In this document: one piece after another, positions 11,445 through 24,717 of the stretch
Layout of the letters: every line of letters begins with the position of its first letter
Position numbering within the stretch: position 1 is the stretch's first letter
Made by a program: the position numbers and the translations under genes
The notes under the pieces: generated by a model
Databases searched by the model: none
Seen by the model: the letters and a program-made list of their open reading frames with translations, nothing else
Told to the model about the DNA's origin: nothing
DNA from: Phoronis australis
Lineage: Eukaryota > Animalia > Phoronida
Length of the DNA stretch: 64,000 nucleotides
Reading direction: 5' to 3'
Assembly (NCBI GenBank): GCA_002633005.1
Contig: NMRA01000200.1
Span: forward strand, 1 to 64,000

Positions 11445-14400
11445 TCAATTTACACATAAGGTGACACGTCTTTTAAGTTGAAATTTAGTGGAACGGAAAT
11501 AACCTGTTTAATTCCGAATTTCTTCCATAATTCAACAATCCGGTGCCTATTTGGATATAGTGTACGCGAACAAGGGTTCGGCCTTCAGTTACTCTCGAAA
11601 CACTCGTTCTTCGTCATTTGCGTGAGTTTGCGTGAGTTTGCGTGGTCTCGATAAACTCGTAAGAAATTTGCGCTAAACCCTGGCTTGCATTATAGTTTGT
11701 TTCATAGTCAAATTGGAAAGGAATGAGTGACGCATGACGCACCTAGAGCTGGACAATGTTCAACTGTTGATGTTACGACAATAGTATTAGCGCGATTAGC
11801 ATTAGACGAAATGTATTATTAATTAATTGATGCATCGTGTCATTGTTGTTCAAGCATAATGTTGTTCGGTATCAGTATATTCATAAATCGACTTCTTATC
11901 GTGAAGAGCGGGTTTGTTCCTTGTCGGCCTAGGTAAGTATGCAGGTCGTTTCCGTATCTTCACAGAATGCGAAATTTGTCACTTGTGCACTCGAGTTACG
12001 TTGTGCACATCAACATTAAAGGTCATTACGTAAAGTTGCACTTATGGTAGCCAGTGTTGATAATGTCAATATTTTTAATTTTGAATTCGAAATTAGACTA
12101 GTGAAAGTACACGTATGTTTACTTCTGTTTTAAAAATCTGTAAATATCAAAATGGTGTGATGCTTTCAATGTTAACAACACAAAGTGCAATTTTGAGCAC
12201 ATTTAACACGGGCATCTTAATTTTACACTTTTAACTATTTCAAAAGTTGGTTTAATGAGTGAAATAAGAATTATAGTTTTTATAGAAAACCATTCAATGA
12301 TGTCTCCTAAGTAACTTGTAGGTTTCCAATACAGACGAATTTGAACTATATTTGTTAGCCTAGATGGACTTAGATCTGAAACAATAAAATTCGGCACGTG
12401 GTTAACATTGTTTTTGGTGTCTTGCTTGGGTTTGAAAACATCCACAGGACTTTTGATACAAAATTGTTGAGTAATATCAAGAAATCGCAATATTTCTATT
12501 TTCCGTTTTCAATTATTTTTACAACCTCCATGGGCAATCATACCAAGTTCCTCTTGGAAAATATATGATAATTATATAATTTGCGACAGATGGCTGTACC
12601 GGCATAGCATCCGGCGAGTTTAGGAGAAAAATAAGGATGATTTTTAAAGGTTTTAGATAAAACAAGTCAGTGTTTTTGCCAGAGTATAGTACGGTGCACT
12701 TGCACCAGTAGATGACATACCAGAGACACGATAGGCGAGAAAGTGATTTTCTGGAATCAGCATCTGCTTGGAACCCCAGAGGAAGCAGTCTACCACAGCT
12801 GTGCTGGAGGAGATAACTCCCACTACTCGTTAAAGGGTCTTTATCGTTTTAATAACTGAATAACACATTTTGTGATTATTGTTACATAAACTTTTTAAAG
12901 TTACAGTTGATCTGTAAGACTGTGTTTTTGTGATTTCATTATAATTCGCCGGTTGTCGCCATCGTCTGCCAGACACACGATGAAATCACTGAGGCCGGTG
13001 ACATTACTGGTTAAATGCGCTTAGAGTACGCTGCAATTTATCGGATGAGATTTAGCTCTGACAGCAAACCCGTCGACCTTGAAAGCTCCAAGTTCGAATC
13101 TGTGCTAGGGCTGATCACTGCACCGAAAAGCAATTTTTCGCCAACATCGTAATGCCACTGGAAATGGAAAGGTATTTAAGGCCCAATTAAACCCTTGCTT
13201 TACGTCAAAAACAAATTTTGATTTAGCCCACTTTCCATTACAAAATTAACCTGATCTCGCCTCAATTTAGAAGTGATCTGTGGGTAGTCTTGAGACCAAG
13301 ATCATGAAATTTCAGGCCAGGCCGTAAATCAAAACCTGGTGTTCAATAGTTAACGCGCACGGGTTTGATGCCGCTTTAACTCGTAAATTTACCAGCCTCG
13401 ATTTCAGAGAATGTATGGCAGACGGCGAGAATTTACATCTCTGGCCAAAAAGTTGATAACATTCCACTGATCCAACAACATCCACACAAGTATTTCGTCC
13501 GTAAAGCTGATAATGTACCTTCAAGAGACCACGTCTTCAACTCTAGTACGCCGTATGCGTTTTGTCAGGAAGTCGTGACATTACATTAGTAATGCGTTCC
13601 TGCTCTTATGGGTATAACTATTAGCATTGGTTGTTGAATGATGCCTATCGAATATTGTATTCTATTTTTTGAGATAAACATCTACCAAGTAGTAACTTCA
13701 GTGTCGTGTTATCAATGATTCGTCATGAACTTTGAAACTCACCGGTCGTCAATTATTAATCGCTAAACCGTCTGTTTTACAGGGGCGCTAAACATATTAC
13801 GTCACTAGAAATGAGCGAAGGTAAGTTACTCATCAGAAAGCACATCAATTTCATGAATGAAATCTTTCCTATTGCGTTACTCGTAATGTTTGTTTGTAAC
13901 GATTTCTACAGTGTTTAGTTCAAACAAGAAAAACAAAACCCTGAATTTTCTCATGGAGGTTTAATGTCTTTGCCTGCTTGGCAGACATCTACTTTTAAAT
14001 CGGATTATCAGGTTTTGGACAAGGCATTTCATAAGCATTCTTTCTGTTGAGTTATATTGTAAAAAACACGGGTAATTTTAATCTAGTAAGTGAATTACGC
14101 CCACCAACGTCGGAAAGGACCTTAACATGCATTTATGATGATCGAAAACCTTCTCTCAGAGCAAATCCATGGGCGTGTTTTGTATTCGCGTATTCAACGG
14201 ACACCATTAAGACCTTTTCATTTTAATTCTGTGTTAGGCTTACCTATTACAGACTAACACACTGTAGCTCTGTCCACACAAGTCAACTTTTCGTTTTCGA
14301 CAGTCGTACAGTATACGATAAATTGCCGTTGTGTGCATACCGGTATTCCGAAAAGACTTTTGACCCAATATGGCCGATGACCCATGGCAGCTTGTTAACG

Positions 14401-17180
14401 AGTCATGTGGTGTCCGTACTCTAGCTTCGCAAAGATTAACGTTTGATCGCGTTCGAGATGCAACAGTGTTATTAATTTTCATGGATGGTCACGGAAGACA
14501 TAACTGTACTCAATGTGTATTGTTTCGTATAGTTTAACAATTACCAGCATACAGCACCAACATCACACCGCTCTGCCTACAACGAGTTCGAGTCTCCACC
14601 AGAGGTCGCTCATCTAGAATGGGTAAAATAAAACATTTAGTAAAAACAACTGCTTTCTCGACAACATTTGCTCATGTAACTATCATTGGCTAAATTTCGC
14701 AAAGTTGCAAAACAAAATGAAGATGAAACAAAATTGAGGATCATGGCCTCCGTGCTGAAACAAAAATCTTTTTGTCGCAATTTAGTCGGTGCATATTTAA
14801 AGTACTCTAAATACCTTTAAAGTTGCAGAATCCTTGTGTTTTACCATTTCCGATTGGTTTTTGGTTTGTCTGAAATTGAAACTAGACACAATTTTACGAA
14901 TTTTTACAAAGTTTTTAAATTTTCAACAGACATATCTTGAATAGACGAAAGCAGTCACGGCTAATAAATGTCCATTATAAAGTGTGTCACGTGATCCATA
15001 TTTTCTAAAATGCAGAGATTGAACATAAACAAATGCGATATATCGAGTTTTGCATCTAGATCGTGTACTCATATAAATATTGTATATCTCGAGAATTTAT
15101 AATTTTATTCTCCCCAGAGAATCCCATGTTATTCATGAACGGAGCGGTACAAAAGGGAAACTGTTGGCGACAGTGGGCAGCTGAAAGGAGTGGCAACCTT
15201 GGGGACAATTTGCAATGTCCTATTATGGGGGACGAACGCAAACTTGAATCGAGTTTTGACCGAGGGTAGGGTCTTTTGCAATGAACGAACAGGGGGTGGC
15301 CCTCTTAAATGTGCCCCCCATGGCTACACCAATGCACGGCGCGTGCATATACAGGTGTATTGATCACGTGGTACACGGCAAGTCATGGTTGGGGAACTGA
15401 TACCAGGAGTGGGGAATGTATGACCGGGTAGGCCTAAAAGGGCCCGAGAAATGCCAGAGTAAGGTCAAAAGGAAGTAGAAATTGAAATTTTTCTGATCTC
15501 GGATTCCTTTTATATCAGAAATTCCTTGTTTTTAATTAGTAAAGTCATCGAGCGAATAAAGCCGTATCAAGATCGCTGTTAATTTTCACGTCCAGCTTCG
15601 TCCGCAAGAGGGCAGGCCACCTGTCCAATCATCACATTCGTACGGTGTTTTCTCCATGACGTTCTATCTCTCCTCTATTCTTTGTTGATTCACTCAGTAC
15701 CCAATGAGTGAAGATCTCCTTCACTTAGGTGAAACAAACTGCCCAGCATGGCTAGCTATACCACAAGCCATGCTGTCACCAGTGAACAATGTGATGGCTG
15801 TAGAAATGCAATGGACGAGTAAACTGTACGCATGCGCTTAATTGAGGTTAGTGACATTTGATTGGTAATCTTCAGACTTTTCCCGAGGCAACAATTATTT
15901 TTCGTGATCATTGTTAGAAAATGCATGGACACGTGACCTTGGGGATTTTTTGTACTAGGGTTATAGACCATTGCTGCGTTGTATAACATATAAAGTTAGG
16001 TTTAATTTGCCAAACGGGACTTCACTCACTAAACTCTACTGAAATGAAGTGATCCCTAAACACCGTGTATTTACCTCTCCTGGCGGTGCTGCCTGAAAGG
16101 ACGAATATCCCACAATCCTTTATGAATATGACGTCTGCTATCCGTAAAAAGCAAGGCATGAGTTGCTGGCCAAAATCACGCAGTAGGTTATGTTATTAGT
16201 CGTTGTACAACATAGTTAGCGTATCGCTTTGACCAAATCATTCCTGCTTGCCTCTAAGTGAATGTAAGTCATTGGGATGTGTTAATACGGCATCTCTTTA
16301 AATTCGTGAGATGTTTCGTGCAATCCCAGCGGTATCAATTGCCGGATGTTAACGAAGATTCCTTCTATTGCTTTTGTCTGTGTGATGCTTGCCTACTGAG
16401 GATTTCCGAAACCGAAGATTTATCACCAATCAAAGGTTTCCAAAACAGTTTTTTCAGAAACAAAGTTTGAAAATACCCAATGGTGCTCTCAAAGGCCCAT
16501 ATACTTCGTAAGACAGCACTAGCGCATTATATTTCTTAGATCCTGTCAGGTTGTCTCCACAGGTAACCACATGCAGTATCTTCTTACGAAAAAGGCATGA
16601 CATTATCTTGTAATATCTGGCACCAAAAAGCAATACTAAGCAAACATTTCCGATTTTTGAAAGAAAAAATCCTGCTTCTCTTTCTCGCAAATTGTCTCAT
16701 TTAGCGGACTTATGAAAAGTCGTCGATTTCCAAGACATGTTTTGCAGTTCTAGGACTAGGTGAAGCGGCTCGTGGACGAAACGGTCGCGCCACCTAGTGG
16801 CTGCTCAACAGCCCCAAGGAAAGAAAATCCCCGTCTGGCACATTATGGACAATGTGGCCAATGTGTCATTATTTTCCCAAAACTTGTTCCTTAGAGAGCA
16901 CTTATTTGAAGTTCATCACTTGTCAAGTGACAGTGAGGCGTTGCCTGTTTTCACCCACTTGAGCAGCCAAACTGCCGACAAACCACGACTCCGTGTTACC
17001 ATCCTATGCACATATGCATGTAAGCTCACTTCAGCTTGAGAGTTCTGCGGACGACAAGTTTCCAAAAAATCCCACCATTTTTTCCGGAAGAATGAAACCC
17101 CTCTTTTCAGGGACACAATCACGGGTGGGTGTTTAATTTCTCAAAGAGAACAGGGCAGGGTATATTGTATGTTTTAAATA

Positions 17181-18020
17181 ATTTATTTATTTATTTATTA
17201 TTGTGATATTTAAAATGAAGGTGGCCTCTTCAGTGATAGCACTGCTTTCCAAGAGGGCCCTCAACAAGAAAAACAGTAATATAATACCATGAAGTAATAA
17301 AACAAAAATGAAATATACGTAACAAAGAAACAATTCAAACAGGTTGAGAATTAAGACAGTAACTAAATGACAAATAATGGTAAAAATTTAACTAAGACAG
17401 ATGAAATAAATTAAGAGATGATTCTAGACAGTGAGAGTATTTACGACAATGAAAAAATGACATGATTAAGACAGGCAGGGTATAAAAGGTCAAGTAAATT
17501 ACAGCCACTTTTTAATATTTACTTTAAAGGTAGTAATTGAATTGGACCGTTTAATTTCTGGGCTAAAAGAATTCCATATTATAGCTGCTGCATAGATAGA
17601 TCTCTTGCCCGTCTCGGTTTTAATTTTTTTAGAATAAACATTGCCAGCAACAAAAGAACGTGTAGAATATACAGCCTGGGTGCTATTGAATTTACTGCTG
17701 AGATAAGCTGGAGCCAAGCCATTGATACATCTGTACATAAAACAGGCAGAGAGATATTTATTTCTTTGTCTTATTTTCATAAATCCCAGCTTGGAATACA
17801 AGTCGTCAACCCTAGTGTCCCTAATTTTAGTACCCAGGATAGCCCTGGCGGCTCTATTTTAGATTACTTGGACTTTGCTGACAAGTGTGTCACTAGTGTG
17901 CCCCCAAACCGGTAAACAATAATCAATATGAGGCTGAATAATAGAATGGTAAAGGGTCTTAAGAGTACTGACATTAAGAAATTTGCCTAGACGTTTAAGT
18001 ACACCGATTTTCTTAGATAA
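17181..18020 (-). mobile_element. 5'-truncated L2/Crack (CR1-group) LINE: post-RT C-terminus, 3' UTR and tail
   Basis: Reads KKIGVLKRL..LYHSIIQPHIDYCLPVWG..VI*NRAARAI..MYRCINGLAPAYL..WNS..FK, with one in-frame stop replacing the usual Q of QNRAAR. A 3' stem-loop (cctctt..cagtg-ctat-cactg-aagagg) and an (AAAT)n tail at ~17181-17200 follow. Confidence 0.85.
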
Positions 18021-19086
18021 TGAGTAATAAGTAAAATTGTTTTCCATAACTTTCAAGAATTTGACGTTATTCGTTCTTTTTCACAAACGCTGCGTTGTAT
18101 ACGAAATTTTCAACAACGCAATAGTAAACGTTTTCACGAATCGACGTTTGTCTCTTCGGCCGCCTCACTATCTACATAATTCTAGTCCCATATGGCAAAA
18201 ATGCTAAAATCAACGATTCTGTGAACTCGTTGACTTTGTTACGAGATCGCATTTCAGTTATGAGATATAAATGCTTTTCACATTAATCAATATTATCGTA
18301 AACTACAGGTCGTGGCATTGCTCTGATGGGGATGTTAGCAAAAAGCTTCAAGATGTTTACTTAAAAACATGAAACGAGCAATTACATCTGCATGTTTTAC
18401 GTAGATTCGTTGAGCATGTAATCTAAAAATGCAAAATCACTCGTTCATCCTTAAAGGGCTGTGCACACGTTGACTTTTATTATTCGCGAATGTGCGAACT
18501 GTCAACACTGAAAAGTTATTCTATCTCCAATGTGGTGTCTGCAGAATTAATTAACACCGTTTTACCAGGTTCCGCAACTTGTATTGGTTTTGCGGAATTT
18601 ACGCATCTTGTCGCAATGTGGTTATTGAGAGATAAAGTAGCAGAAAATGTTCGTCAATTACTATGAAGCGTTCTAAACAATCTGTGTACGCGTTGATAGC
18701 AGGGGTTCTTTTCGTAGTCTAGTAGACCTCTACATCCTGGCTTCAGACAAACATTATTGTACCTGGAACAAAGTTTAATTTATTATGAATTTGAACAGCA
18801 CGCAATAGTTTGGACCTTTGACGTGCGATAGGCATGCACCTTTAAGACTGGATTCAGTACAACATCTCCGTTGAATTCATAGAACTATCTATTAAAGGTA
18901 AGATATTACCGCTTGGAAATCACTTTTTTGTGGACTCGTGTTCATTATTATGTAACATCAAAAAACAGTGTGAAGCCCTGGGTTGCGGACCGTAGACGCA
19001 AGAAACGCGCGCAAAAGGCAAGATCCGCAAGTCTTCGCGAGATGATTGCAAGCGAATCACGTGATCACGCTTTCCTCGTCTGGCAA

Positions 19087-19686
19087 CTCGCTGGTTCCCT
19101 GCGCAGGTATCATTCAGTAGCCCGCGCTCTGTCACTGGTCGACGTAACTTCGGCAGTCACTGGTTAGATTTACAACAAAGAAAGAAAATGCCGGACTGTA
19201 AACGATGTTTATCCTTGTCATGCAAGTGGCGTGACAACAAATATTCCGTTCCTGCAGTAATGTTTAATAACCTCGTTCCTGCAGTTATGTTTAATAGCCT
19301 CGTGCTTCAAGCGCATACAATGCACACACATCTGGCTGATTTAACCGTTGTATTAGTCATACTGTGTGAACACAGGACAACAACGTAAGCAAAATTCAGC
19401 AACAGTAAAACATTTACTCCGAAAAGGCACAACCATAACTTTCTAATTCACATTTCTTGATCACATGAATTAAGCACCGATTTGTCTGTACAACAGACCA
19501 CAAACTACATCTACATACTGTATACACTTCCTCCATCAGTCATGCCATTTTGTTTATGTAAAGCGCTACCTGTTGAGAATTCCTTCAGCCAATCAGTAAC
19601 GCCAGTGTAAAAAAGTTTCCCCGAAGAAAATTAAATGATACCTGCGTGTTCTCTACGCCCTAGCGGACACGCAGGGAACCATCGAG
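19087..19686. mobile_element. Complete 600-bp non-autonomous DNA transposon with a 10-bp TSD (MULE-like by TSD length)
   Basis: TIRs ctcgctggttccctgcg / cgcagggaaccatcgag. The flanks cgtctggcaa at 19077-19086 and 19687-19696 are identical. Confidence 0.85.
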
Positions 19687-22600
19687 CGTCTGGCAATTGC
19701 CTACACCCCAGTATTGCGCGTTGAAATTAGTCATGCGTAATACGAACTCTGTGTGAGTGAAAATCTTTAAAATACACAACAAAGAACGGTATTCTACCTC
19801 ACTAAATATAACTGTTTGCGATAGAAGCGTTGACTGTCATTCGTACATCGATTGTTCTTTTTAGTTTAGTTTTACTTGTACCTTGGCCTTACTTTACGTC
19901 CTTATTTTTAGTTTAAATCCTAGTCTCTACGTATCAGTCTTTGTGCTGTGCTGTATTATATTTTATTGTATTGTATTACTTTCGTGACCAATTGATGTTA
20001 AGTAAATCAATCAATTAAAAAACACATGTTCAGCGCTCATTTAGTCACTGAATTTAACACACCTTTAAAGTTATAAGACTTTTTGTACTCAATACACTCG
20101 GAGATCTAACTGACCGGACTTGGAAATATGAATTTCGAACATCATCTTTCCTGTTTTTTGTTTGTTCGCATATGTTGTTTGTGGTTGGTTGTCAATTTGT
20201 AACTTTTGACAGAACACATTCCAAGAATATTTGGTGTTATTGATCTGTAGTGCACTCTATTGTCGCTTTCTCATTACGGGAACTTCGGTTTACCGAAGCT
20301 TCGCCGGAACTTGGCTTACCCTTCCGACTAGACAGCGATACCGAAGTTATCGCTATGACAACAGGCGACGCAGTTCATTTGTACTCTTCTAAACGAATAT
20401 TGAGACGTGGGTTCGAGGCTAACTGAAAATTGTTTTCCTGCCATTTACGAGGGTTTATGAAAATGATCAGTGTGATTCTTCATCAGATATGCTTTTTATT
20501 TATACATCCGTATATTGAGAGCACGTCGGCTACGTGATCGGCTAAGTTTCGAGTCTGAATCTAGGTCATGATAAACCGTGATATACTGTAGCACAGGCAT
20601 TTATTTTGAGTTAGTACAAAAGTAGAATGGAAAATGCAAAAAATAGTTTAGAGTCCAATTTCGAGTACAAAGATTAAACCCCGGCCCCAGGGCCCTTAAT
20701 GGTGTAATGATTCTCAAGCCTAAAAGTTGTCGATCAATTGAATCCATTTTAATTGTATTTAGAGAAGTTGGTGCAAAGCAGTGGTGTCTTACAGATCCTG
20801 TATTTTAAAATGTACTTCCAGAAGTGAGTGTTACATCACTCTTCAAATATAACTCCTATTTAAAGTAACGCGGATGCGAACGTCACGTTCGGATAAGTAG
20901 TTCTAATCAATCATGATTTGCCAAAGGTTGTCGTTATTCATTAGGACAAACCGGAGTTAATATTTTCAATGCTCTACACGTTTTGCCATTAGTCATGTCA
21001 TATTATACACAAAAACAGAAAGTGATTCCCTCAAAACATTCATCACTGCTGGCAACTTTTGATCAAAAGGTCATTTGCATTTGGTTTCGGGATTGTCTCA
21101 GTGGCGCGACGCATGGTTGTGCTTAATTTCATTCGGTGATGTTTAGCTAGGCGATGATAATTTGAAGAAACGTAGTTTACAGACCCTATCCAAATGTCTG
21201 TTCATTTAACTCTTTTCGCGATGAATTGGCTGCTGGTTGTTTTCATGCCTGCTTCTCGCGAACTGTGCAAGCAATGGGATCAAGCTAGATCCGTGACGCA
21301 TTGGTTGTTGACCCTTTGCAGGTGTTGCCTAAATGTAAAACCATCAATACCCAAGCACTTCCCGTAATCACTGTCCGTGGCTGGAATTACTGGAGGAGTG
21401 ACATTTTCCAGTACTGACGACTTGACCTATCTTCAGGATTTTAAGTGACGGCTTACATATGTAACTGACCAATCGGAACGCAACATTCTTGTCATATACC
21501 TTCGTTTCCAAGCCGCCATTTTACACGTTGACGGGTAAAACTTATTGTTTGTTTATCAATTTTCGGCAAGGGGGGAGGGGGGGGCTTGCGATAGGTCAAA
21601 GTGAACACTTATTTATGACGCAAGAGCTTCTTGCAGCCAACCGGCATACGGAGCTACTAACAACGGATGCACAAAAAATCTTTCGCAAATTCCGTGTTTT
21701 TTTCTCCAAGATGCACCCATGGTCGTACGCTGGAACGAGACTATTTTACAAAGACTAGAAGCGCTCCTACGAAAATTTTGTCCTGTGTCGATTTGCAGTG
21801 ACTCGTTTAATCATAAGAACCACCAATTTCCGGCACAATAAGACCCAAGAAAGGAGTGCGCTCTCCATGATACACAGTACATGTACATGTAACTGCACTA
21901 TTTGCTGTAACCCACCATAAATCACTGTTTCAGCTAACGTCGATACGGGTTACACGTAATAAAAGCATGTTTTATTGAGTGCCAACATGTTTTAGGTTTT
22001 GATATTAATTAGTATAATGTCTTTGATTCCAGTTGCAGCACAATTAACACAGACAATAGCAGCAACCATTTCGGTCGTTATATACGGTACATGGCTTTGA
22101 GTGTCCCCGACTGTTGTGTTACATTTTAAAGTCCATTTCTAAATTAAAAATTAATGCCGCTAGAATGCTACAGAGTAGGCTGACGAGTGATCTACCTATA
22201 TCATGTACAGGTGTATGCTTAAACGGTCGCCGTTTGGTAATAAACCATTCAAAAGTTGCAATCAAACGTGATCACTTTAAATGCAAAATCGATTTTGGTC
22301 CTTTTTAATTTTTTGCAAAGTGAACAAAGCACTTAATGGAATTGGTTTTTTTAACCATTCTGAATTCACATGGGTTGTTCTGCCACGTATACGCCTAGTT
22401 TTACACGTGCTTGATCAGTAAAGGAGTTATGGATTTTTGTTATGATGTAAATAAGCAAGAACAGTATCAAGACAATGGAAAGTTTTCTCTCCCCATTCAC
22501 CACAAATGTTTCCGCCCCAATTCAATTAGCCACCAATCTCACCCTCACGCTCTCCCCCGGTCGCCTCATCAACCAGTCGCCTCCAATTCCCCCCAGTCGC

Positions 22601-22850
22601 CACCAGCCCTCCTTGAGCGAACTGTTTATATTTCTCTAACGCCCTTCTCGTGTTTTTCATTAAATACTACGCTGGCCGATTTTTTCTTGTTTTACCAAAA
22701 TTTTCCAGAAATTATGCTCTAATCAGGGGGTGAACAACTACCCCCCACTAATTTCCCACCTAATTCGCTTAAGGTGTATTACTCTGACTGATTCGATAAA
22801 TGCTTTGAAAAGAAAAGGTTACTTTTCTCAAATAATACAGTCTTAACATA

Positions 22851-23000
22851 CAGGCGGATTTAGGGGGCGGGGTAGGACCAAAAATAAAACGCCACCAACT
22901 TATCGATTGTGGTTCTTGTGTGTGAACATCTTTTCGTCCTAATTCGCGGTTGCCCCCCGCCCCTCCCTGCCCCCTCCACGTGGCATTATAGATCCGCCTG
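22851..23000. mobile_element. Short MITE with caggcggat(t/c)ta termini
   Basis: caggcggatttagggggcgggg ... ccccgcccc ... tagatccgcctg. No clear TSD. Confidence 0.55.
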
Positions 23001-23882
23001 CTGTTCCATTTGCTACATTTATGAAGTGCTGAATAGTCACGTGTACTCTTTTGTGACGTTTGCGCATTTCATCAGCATTCCTAGGACTTGAAGAATTTTA
23101 AACTAGATAAAAATTGTTGTAATATTAAGTTTCACATCATTGAATGGCAAGGTTATCGGGATACCTGGTGACAAGGGACACGCAACTACTTTTTGAAGGG
23201 ATGCAGCTAAAAATTATGATATCCAACCGTTTAGGGGAACCATTTGTAAGATGTTTTCTTGAAAAAAATCACTCTTTCAACAGGCTTTTGTTCCTGAAAT
23301 ATCAGCGCCCTTTCGTAGTCCACACACTTAACCCCTTCGTAGGGGATCTTGGACTTCTGGACTTTAAAGCCCAGTCTAGTAGAAGTCATGGCACGCAGAC
23401 GAATAAGTCTCACCCATTATATTGACTACACTGGCGCTCGCAAACCGTTAAACGGACAATCAATTTTTCTGTTTTCCTGGTCTGCAACAAATCTTTCGTT
23501 ATGCGGATGTAAATTCTTAAAACTGAACGCATTGAATTTCTCCGATAAACAAAGGTCACGTCACCCTAAACTGCCTTCCCGTGCACCAGTACGAGGCAGA
23601 AAATTAGCAGAAAATCTCAAATTGTGCGGCTCGGCCGGAAATCGACTTTGTACTTAGTTCGTATTGTGCATTTGTTCAGAGCCCCATCAGATCAGAGGGC
23701 CTTCCTGCGAAAGGTTGTAAGATTTAGTACATTCAAGATAGCTTTAGGCTATAGGCTATACGACAGTTCGTCACCGGAGTCTCAACTGTAGTCAACTGCG
23801 ACTCTGTGGGTTATGTCATAAAATGCAAACGGAGACTAAATGAATAGATATCAACTCAATCTGGGCAGCGCTACGTTTCAGG

Positions 23883-23959
23883 TAGACAATGACTCGACCA
23901 TCGTCTCTATCCAGAATAGGTTCTATTCTAATCTGGATAGAGACGATGGTCATTGTCTA
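23883..23959. mobile_element. 77-bp fold-back micro-MITE with a 9-bp TSD
   Basis: tagacaatgac..gaccatcgtctctatccaga / tctggatagagacgatggtcattgtcta, flanked by cgtttcagg at 23874-23882 and 23960-23968. Confidence 0.8.
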
Positions 23960-24014
23960 CGTTTCAGGGAGTAATACTTTTTCAACGGCCTTGTAGAACT
24001 GCATGTGGTAATGA

Positions 24015-24717
24015 CATAGGCGGATTTAGGGGGGGGCCCAGGGGGCCCGGGCCCCCCCCCCCTTGGCTGCCGCAAAAAATAAAACAGTAAGAGCGTAGGG
24101 AAATGGTGAGTTAACCCCGGTAATTAAAATTATACGGCTGAAACAAGATTTAAATGCGTGCAGTTTTAATGTNNNNNNNNNNNNNNNNNNNNNNNNNNNN
24201 NNNNNNNNNNNNNNNNNNNNNNNNNNNNNNNNNNNNNNNNNNNNNNNNNNNNNNNNNNNNNNNNNNNNNNNNNNNNNNNNNNNNNNNNNNNNNNNNNNNN
24301 NNNNNNNNNNNNNNNNNNNNNNNNNNNNNNNNNNNNNNNNNNNNNNNNNNNNNNNNNNNNNNNNNNNNNNNNNNNNNNNNNNNNNNNNNNNNNNNNNNNN
24401 NNNNNNNNNNNNNNNNNNNNNNNNNNNNNNNNNNNNNNNNNNNNNNNNNNNNNNNNNNNNNNNNNNNNNNNNNNNNNNNNNNNNNNNNNNNNNNNNNNNN
24501 NNNNNNNNNNNNATAATATTTCAGGAATCAAGGAAAATGCTTGATTTTTAGAGGTAAAAACAGAAAAATTTCCTGGGCGGGAGGGGGGTTTGCCCCCCTC
24601 CCGACCTCCCCCCATTCGGTGCTATGCGCATCTACAATCGTGGTTCAGTTTGCGTAAATGCTTACAACCGGACAAAATGTTGGGCCCCCCCCTTGTGATA
24701 TCCTAGATCCGCCACTG
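24015..24717. mobile_element. GGCGGAT-type MITE (hAT-like termini) spanning the second gap
   Basis: cataggcggatttagggggg..gggcccccc at the left and gggcccccc..ctagatccgccactg at the right. The TSD is not clean. Confidence 0.55.
24173..24512. other. Assembly gap
   Basis: Run of N. Confidence 1.
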
